Shown here one piece after another: positions 24,377 to 29,285 of a DNA stretch of 29,285 bases. The position numbers and the translations under genes were made by a program. The notes below the pieces were generated by a model. The model did not search any database and was not told the origin of the DNA. It worked only from the letters and a program-made list of their open reading frames with translations. Each line of letters begins with the position of its first letter. Positions within the stretch are counted from its first letter, which is position 1. The DNA is from a virus (lineage: Duplodnaviria; Caudoviricetes). Where the stretch lies: the IMG/VR virus record IMGVR_UViG_3300011115_000256, positions 1 through 29,285 of that record; one strand, written 5' to 3'.

Positions 24377-24428
24377 ATATTACACTAAAAAAAATAATTG
24401 TGCAACACCAGATTAAACATGATACACT
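24377..24428. promoter_or_regulatory. Overlapping divergent promoters
   Basis: Leftward TTGCAC(24405-24400)-17-TAATAT(24382-24377); rightward GTGCAA-17-TACACT(24423-24428); contains the spacer box AACACCAGATTAAACA shared with the three early promoters. Confidence 0.6.
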
Positions 24429-24456
24429 ACAACCTGTTTAACTTGAAAGCGAACTT

Positions 24457-24642
24457 ATGGACAGAGAATATGAAATGCATCAATTGATGTTGGAGAGGCA
24501 ACAAATACTTGAGGAAGCGCTCGAAAGAGCCGAGACAGGTGTTGCAACGCAGGAGGACTGGAACATCATCCGCTACGAGTGCGGATTGTCCAAGAGACCT
24601 ATAGTAACTTTAGAAACTTTAACCTTAAATAGGAGCGAATGA
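24457..24642 (+). CDS. Hypothetical protein
   Basis: 61 aa, first gene of the divergent operon; ATG after AAAGCGAA-CTT. Confidence 0.7.
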   Translation: MDREYEMHQLMLERQQILEEALERAETGVATQEDWNIIRYECGLSKRPIVTLETLTLNRSE

Positions 24643-25298
24643 TGGCTTTAATAGCGAAAGAAAGCGGTGGCGGCGGTGGAGAATTTACACCAGTACCACA
24701 GGGGATGCACCTTGCACGATGTTATCGAGTTATTGATTTGGGAACTCAAGAATCATCTTACCTTGGTACAATAAAACACTTGCCCAAAGTAATGTTGCAA
24801 TTTGAGGTGCATGGCGAAGACGATGGCGGTAACCCAATAGTTACAGCCAAAGGCGAACCTATGTCTATCAGCAAGAACTTTACGCTCTCGTTGGCAGAGA
24901 TGGCAACCTTACGCAAAGACTTGCAAACATGGCGTGGACGTGAGTTTACTGCTGAGGAATTGCGCGGCTTTGAACTCAAGAACGTGTTGGGTGCGTGGGG
25001 AATGATTTCTGTCATCAAGGCAATGGGTAACAACGGCAAGGAATACACCAACATTGCCGCAATTATGTCTGTACCCCCAGCCATTAAAAAAGCAGGTATG
25101 CCAGACGGTCACAACAAATTGAAGATGTTTTCAATTGATGAGCCTGACATGGTACTGTTCGACAGCTTTAGCAACGGCCTACGAGAGAAAATCCAAAAGT
25201 CGCCAGAGTGGCAGGCACGAGGTAACTCAAGCGCTTCAAAGCCCGTTAAAGCATCCGCAGGTGGCATTGATGACTTGGACGACGACATCCCGTTCTGA
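24639..25298 (+). CDS. Probable single-stranded DNA-binding protein
   Basis: FTPVPQGMHLARCYRVIDLGTQ...YTNIAAI; acidic SSB-type tail DDLDDDIPF. Confidence 0.75.
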   Translation: MMALIAKESGGGGGEFTPVPQGMHLARCYRVIDLGTQESSYLGTIKHLPKVMLQFEVHGEDDGGNPIVTAKGEPMSISKNFTLSLAEMATLRKDLQTWRGREFTAEELRGFELKNVLGAWGMISVIKAMGNNGKEYTNIAAIMSVPPAIKKAGMPDGHNKLKMFSIDEPDMVLFDSFSNGLREKIQKSPEWQARGNSSASKPVKASAGGIDDLDDDIPF

Positions 25299-25300
25299 CC

Positions 25301-25678
25301 ATGAAACTCATGCGTAACCAATACGCGACGCACGTTGATTTCTTTCAGTTTAAAGGACTGATTGAGACCAATCCAAAGGCGACGCCCTGCAACATTGACA
25401 TGGTTTTTGAACGTAAGTGCAAATTCTTTGTTGGTGAATGGAAGCGAGACGGTGAAGGCATGAGCCAAGGACAGGGGTTGTTACTGCGCAATCTGGCAAG
25501 GCAACCCCAGTTCACTGTGGTCATTATCCAAGGCAATACGGATGGTGATACGGTGGTCGAGAAGTTTGAGCAACTTTGCTCAGACGGTCGTTTTAGGGTG
25601 CGTGGCAAGTCTTTTGATGACCTCAAGAAGTTTGTTACGCGCTGGTACAAATGGGCAGACGCCCAAGAATTTCAATAA
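25301..25678 (+). CDS. Putative PD-(D/E)XK-fold nuclease-like protein
   Basis: TPCNIDMVFERKCKFFVGEWK...MSQGQ: D...ExK spacing. Confidence 0.55.
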   Translation: MKLMRNQYATHVDFFQFKGLIETNPKATPCNIDMVFERKCKFFVGEWKRDGEGMSQGQGLLLRNLARQPQFTVVIIQGNTDGDTVVEKFEQLCSDGRFRVRGKSFDDLKKFVTRWYKWADAQEFQ

Positions 25679-25686
25679 GGAAATAT

Positions 25687-26472
25687 ATGACCATAACAAC
25701 CCCAGCGGTACGCGCAAGCGAATCGAATCATTGGTACACCCGTGACGGCGTGCCACAATACACTGTGCCATCTAAGAAGGACGGTTCACCTCGTAACACG
25801 ACCCTTAGAGACGCACGAACAATGAACCTAGTACCGTCGGTAACGACAGTGCTAAACGTAGCGGCAAAGCCTGCGCTGACCAATTGGCTTCAGCAACAGG
25901 TATTACTTGCCGCGTTAACCCTTCCCCGACGCCCAGACGAACCTGAAAAAGAGTACATCGACCGAATAATCAACGACTCAAAAGAACAGGGTCGTTCTGC
26001 GGCGGACGCGGGAACTGACATCCATGCATCTATTCAAGGCTTCTATGAAAACAAATCGACAGGCAAACACCAAGAAAGTGTTAACGCTTGCGACCAAGCA
26101 ATCACCAAACACTTCGGTCGACAACAATGGGTCTCTGAGCGTTCTTTCGCACATGACCTCGGTTTTGGCGGTAAGTGCGATTTATTTTTTAGGGACGGAG
26201 AAGGCATCGGAGAAGGCATTGTTGTTGACATCAAAACCAAAGAGTTTACTGACCCCGCAAAGGTTGATGGATACGACGAGCATCTAATGCAACTCTCAGC
26301 TTATCGAGTTGGTTTAGGCATTCCCAAAGCACGTTGTGCCAATATCTTTGTCTCTCGTAACGTACCTGACCTTGTCGTTGTGCGTGAGTGGAGTGCAGAA
26401 GACCTTGACCGTGGTTGGGAGATGTTCCTACACCTACTACAATTCTGGCAACTTAAAAATTCACATAAATAA
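25687..26472 (+). CDS. PD-(D/E)XK exonuclease (RecB/Cas4-like family)
   Basis: PSVTTVL, AADAGTDIH, SERSF, GFGGKCDL, VDIKTK, QLSAY; likely start at 25687 with AAGGA SD. Confidence 0.85.
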   Translation: MTITTPAVRASESNHWYTRDGVPQYTVPSKKDGSPRNTTLRDARTMNLVPSVTTVLNVAAKPALTNWLQQQVLLAALTLPRRPDEPEKEYIDRIINDSKEQGRSAADAGTDIHASIQGFYENKSTGKHQESVNACDQAITKHFGRQQWVSERSFAHDLGFGGKCDLFFRDGEGIGEGIVVDIKTKEFTDPAKVDGYDEHLMQLSAYRVGLGIPKARCANIFVSRNVPDLVVVREWSAEDLDRGWEMFLHLLQFWQLKNSHK

Positions 26473-26481
26473 GGAGTAAAA

Positions 26482-26703
26482 ATGTTAAGCGAAGAAACAG
26501 TAAAACAAATCTTTTTTCAAAGCGATAGGCCACGCAAAGACGCTTTGCTTGCAGATGAGATTGATATTTTGCAATTTGCCCATAATATAGAGTTGTATGT
26601 GGCTGTAGAGTATGCTCGAAAAGAACACGCTCGTTGCGTAGAGATTGTCAAAGACATGAATCGCGCAGTTGGCGAGGCTTTAGATAATCAACGTCCCGAA
26701 TAG
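26482..26703 (+). CDS. Hypothetical protein
   Basis: 73 aa, AAGGAG SD. Confidence 0.75.
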   Translation: MLSEETVKQIFFQSDRPRKDALLADEIDILQFAHNIELYVAVEYARKEHARCVEIVKDMNRAVGEALDNQRPE

Positions 26704-26712
26704 GAGTAGAAC

Positions 26713-26898
26713 ATGGACATCCAACTCATTAAATTACTTGCTAAAGATTACGAAGAAGGGCGCGTAGACCCTAAAACATTGATGGCTAAAGTCTGTCTTG
26801 ATGCTTATCAGCAGGGGTTTGATGAGGGTGTCCAACAAGCAGATAAGGCAAATTTTAATAACCACGTTTTGCTTCATTTTACTGCTGGGACTGCCTAA
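26713..26898 (+). CDS. Hypothetical protein
   Basis: 61 aa, AGGAG SD. Confidence 0.7.
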   Translation: MDIQLIKLLAKDYEEGRVDPKTLMAKVCLDAYQQGFDEGVQQADKANFNNHVLLHFTAGTA

Positions 26899-26950
26899 AA
26901 AAAGCCCCCCCGATTAAGGGGGGCAAAAAGGAGAGTGGCAACTGCTCCTC
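26897..26950. terminator. Terminator region between convergent operons
   Basis: GCCCCCC-CGATTAA-GGGGGGC with a T-run on the minus strand; second hairpin AGGAG-AGT-GGCA-ACT-G-CTCCT. Confidence 0.8.
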
Positions 26951-26955
26951 GAAAT

Positions 26956-28668
26956 TTATTCTTGTGGCGGTCTCAGCAGGCGTTTTCCTAACTCATAAGC
27001 ACCTAAACCTAGCCCACCAATTACGCCAGCGCCGCGTACCTTAGTCGCGGCCTTACCTGCTGGGGGAACCATAGCCGCTGTAGCCGCGCCAGCCTCTAAA
27101 GCCTTTAAAACGGCTTCGCTAGTGTCACCAGCTTTATAACGCTCTAAGGCTTCTTGATAACTCATTACGCCAAGGTATCCTGCGCCAGCACCGACAGTTG
27201 CTCTTGGCAAAGCGCCCATCTTAGTAGAGGCTACGCCAGCACCTTCAAGCACGCGCCCTGCGGCGTTTGGCTGTTGTTGCGCACGCTCTAACTTACGTTT
27301 GGCCATTTCTGCGTCAGTCTCAGCTTTGGTAAGTGCTTTTTGTAGAGGAGCCGCACCCTTTACTTGCGAAGTAATAATGTTGTGCTGACTTCCTTGAGTC
27401 GCACGTTCTTGACGAATGCGGTCTAATTCAGCTTGAAGTCTTGCGCGTTCTTGCTCTTGTTGCTGTGCAAGGATGGCTTGTTGATTTCTGTTGGCCTCAT
27501 TACGCTGTGCAATTTCTTCGTTTCTTGGGTCTGCTATTTCTGGGGGTAGATAGAGTTCGCCGGGGCCTTTTTCTCCAGTAAGACTAAAGTCCTGCAATCC
27601 TAAATTCTCGGCTCGTGCTTTACCCTTATTGAACAAGTCAATAATGTCGTGAGCGCCTCTTCCATGTCCTTCACCACGAGTCATATCAATAGCTTGATTT
27701 GCCAAGTTAAAAGGCACGCGCTCACTAGCCATAGCCTGCACAGTGTTGTAAGGCGCACCCGCGCCAGCAATCTTTCTAGACTCAACCTGTACTTGGTCTG
27801 GAGAAACTTCTGTTGGGGGCGATGGATTGGGTATCCCTTTAAGCCTAGCCTCAAGTAATGCTTGTTCGTTTTTAATACGATTCAGTTCGTCTTGGCTTTG
27901 GTTATAAAGGTCGTTCAGATTTTCAATACCCTGTGGTGCGGCTTTTTGTAAATTGGCACGCGCTAGTTCTATCTTGTCTTTGGCGGTAAGGTTGGCTTCT
28001 TCTGCTTTACCTGTGTCAACCTTTGGAGATATTCTTGGGTCAGTAAACGCAGGCAAGAGTGCATTGACTCCAGCACCAATAATTGCCCCTGCTTCAGGAG
28101 CGTTTACTCCACCCTGTTTGTCTTCTGGATTTACTTCTTTATTACTGTCTATTTGTTCTTGATTTTTTTTAAATTTAGATGACTCAGACTCATAAGTTTC
28201 AAAAACGCTTGGTTCTTTTACCTCTGTAATTTCTGGGTCTTTGTATAGATTAGACGTAATTTTATGTGCGTTACGAATAGCCTTCTCATAGTTTTCGTCT
28301 TCAGCGTAGGAGCCTTTTACTCCATTGCGTAAGCCTTCTGCGTATTTAGTTACATCTGTGCCAGAGTTTAAAGTTTGCGGATACAGACGACGCATCATAT
28401 GAGCGTAGTAATCCCCAAAAGCCTCTGGACTTTCAAAGTTTACATACTTGTCCTTGGACTTAGTCTTATTGTCAATAGCCTCAGTGCCTGAGCCAGACAT
28501 ATCTTTGATGTTACCAAAGTTAAAATGACCAACAGGACTACGTCCGTAGTTAGACTCCATACCCCATTGAGCCAAAAGAACTGAAGGCGCAATACCAGTT
28601 TGCTTGCTTACTTGCACAGCAATTGGTGAATACTCTTCAATGAACATCTTTACATGGTCATTTGCCAT
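26956..28668 (-). CDS. Probable ejection/internal virion protein with N-terminal GH73 (FlgJ-like) peptidoglycan hydrolase domain
   Basis: GIAPSVLLAQWGMESNYG, FNFGNIK, YVNFES, SYAEDENY; coiled-coils and Gly/Ala-rich hydrophobic C-terminal helices. Confidence 0.8.
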   Translation of the reverse strand: MANDHVKMFIEEYSPIAVQVSKQTGIAPSVLLAQWGMESNYGRSPVGHFNFGNIKDMSGSGTEAIDNKTKSKDKYVNFESPEAFGDYYAHMMRRLYPQTLNSGTDVTKYAEGLRNGVKGSYAEDENYEKAIRNAHKITSNLYKDPEITEVKEPSVFETYESESSKFKKNQEQIDSNKEVNPEDKQGGVNAPEAGAIIGAGVNALLPAFTDPRISPKVDTGKAEEANLTAKDKIELARANLQKAAPQGIENLNDLYNQSQDELNRIKNEQALLEARLKGIPNPSPPTEVSPDQVQVESRKIAGAGAPYNTVQAMASERVPFNLANQAIDMTRGEGHGRGAHDIIDLFNKGKARAENLGLQDFSLTGEKGPGELYLPPEIADPRNEEIAQRNEANRNQQAILAQQQEQERARLQAELDRIRQERATQGSQHNIITSQVKGAAPLQKALTKAETDAEMAKRKLERAQQQPNAAGRVLEGAGVASTKMGALPRATVGAGAGYLGVMSYQEALERYKAGDTSEAVLKALEAGAATAAMVPPAGKAATKVRGAGVIGGLGLGAYELGKRLLRPPQE

Positions 28669-28669
28669 A

Positions 28670-29285
28670 TCACTCGCCCTCGCGTTTCTTACGAATTACG
28701 CCTGTTTTGGGGTCTTGAATATAACCCGGCGGTACTGAAGGATTATTTGGTGGTAACTTAGTTGCAGGAGCGTTTGAAGGGTTTGCAGGAGTCTTTTTAT
28801 CTTTCTTTTTAGGAGAAAGCAAGTCCATATTCTCTTCGCGTATAGCGTCAAGTTTTTTACGATAGTCTGTTTTAAGCGCTATATAGTCGTCGTCAACAAG
28901 AAAATCGTTATAGTTATAACCAGATTCTTTGCTCTTTTTGTTCCACAACTTAAAGCGCTCTTCGTCAAACATACCCTGCATGATAAGTGCATCAGACTTT
29001 AAGATGATAGCGCGTTGGCTGTCAGACGGTAACGCATAGATACCGCCAAGTAGTTTTGTTTCGTAGTCTGAGGTTGAACCCTCTCCCGGCGTTCTATTCA
29101 ACTGTCTACCACGCGACTGTAGCTGTGCGCTCCTCTGCATAAACATCTGCAACGCGGTCAAATCATTTTCGCTAAGTTCGTACTGTTTAATAATTCAAAC
29201 AGGTAAATTAATGTTGAAGTTACCAACATTGACACCTTCTTGAACCGCACGAGCAATGGCGTTACCAAGGCCGGGTCTGTTCATC
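28670..29285 (-). CDS. C-terminal part of a probable internal virion/ejection protein, interrupted by one in-frame TGA at 29195-29197
   Basis: Frame is open from the window edge (MNRPGLGNAIARAVQEGVNVGNFNINLPV*IIKQYELSENDLTALQ...) to 28670 except for one TGA; contains GEGSTSDYETKL. Confidence 0.6.

Noticed and set aside
25687-26472. Cas4 / CRISPR adaptation gene
   Set aside because: Lacks the four-Cys Fe-S cluster pattern and no array or cas genes are present; ordinary phage PD-(D/E)XK exonuclease.
353-28162. Numerous short antisense or alternate-frame ORFs in the track overlapping long genes (e.g. 353..598, 1528..1947, 8737..9012, 10222..10554, 24758..25084, 27953..28162)
   Set aside because: They are shadows of well-supported genes, with no SD sites or recognisable motifs.
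1-29285. Genome-wide stop-codon reassignment, suggested by the in-frame TGA at 29195
   Set aside because: TGA, TAG and TAA all end genes cleanly, many with ATGA overlaps, and long genes are intact under the standard code.

Overview
This is about 29 kb of a tailed dsDNA phage genome (Caudoviricetes, podovirus-like head/ejection gene set; a proteobacterial, possibly freshwater, host is inference only). On the minus strand, reading from 13.7 kb back to 1, are terminase small and large subunits, a 1596-aa modular protein, portal, two small ORFs, GroES-like co-chaperonin, scaffold, two head proteins, major capsid protein and a truncated structural gene. From 13.9 to 21.5 kb is an accessory region of many small genes with three copies of a promoter cassette, two candidate structured RNAs, an ABC-ATPase/GNAT fusion and a Ref-like HNH nuclease. 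From 21.5 to 24.4 kb is a replication module (RusA, DnaB-like helicase, stand-alone primase Zn domain, DUF1376 initiator, Cro-like HTH). A divergent plus-strand operon (SSB-like protein, two PD-(D/E)XK-type nucleases) converges with probable ejection proteins, one carrying a GH73 glucosaminidase domain. The most striking element is the 1596-aa protein between terminase and portal: three divergent ADP-ribosyltransferase-like domains, a ParB-like domain and an unknown domain, each preceded by a repeat of the protein's own N-terminal leader and joined by Gly-Gly linkers, suggesting a shufflable, possibly cleaved and virion-packaged effector polyprotein. A recurrent palindrome AA(C/G)CGA-N-TCG(C/G)TT links the initiator gene with several regulatory sites. 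All calls come from reading motifs by eye; no database searches were run.
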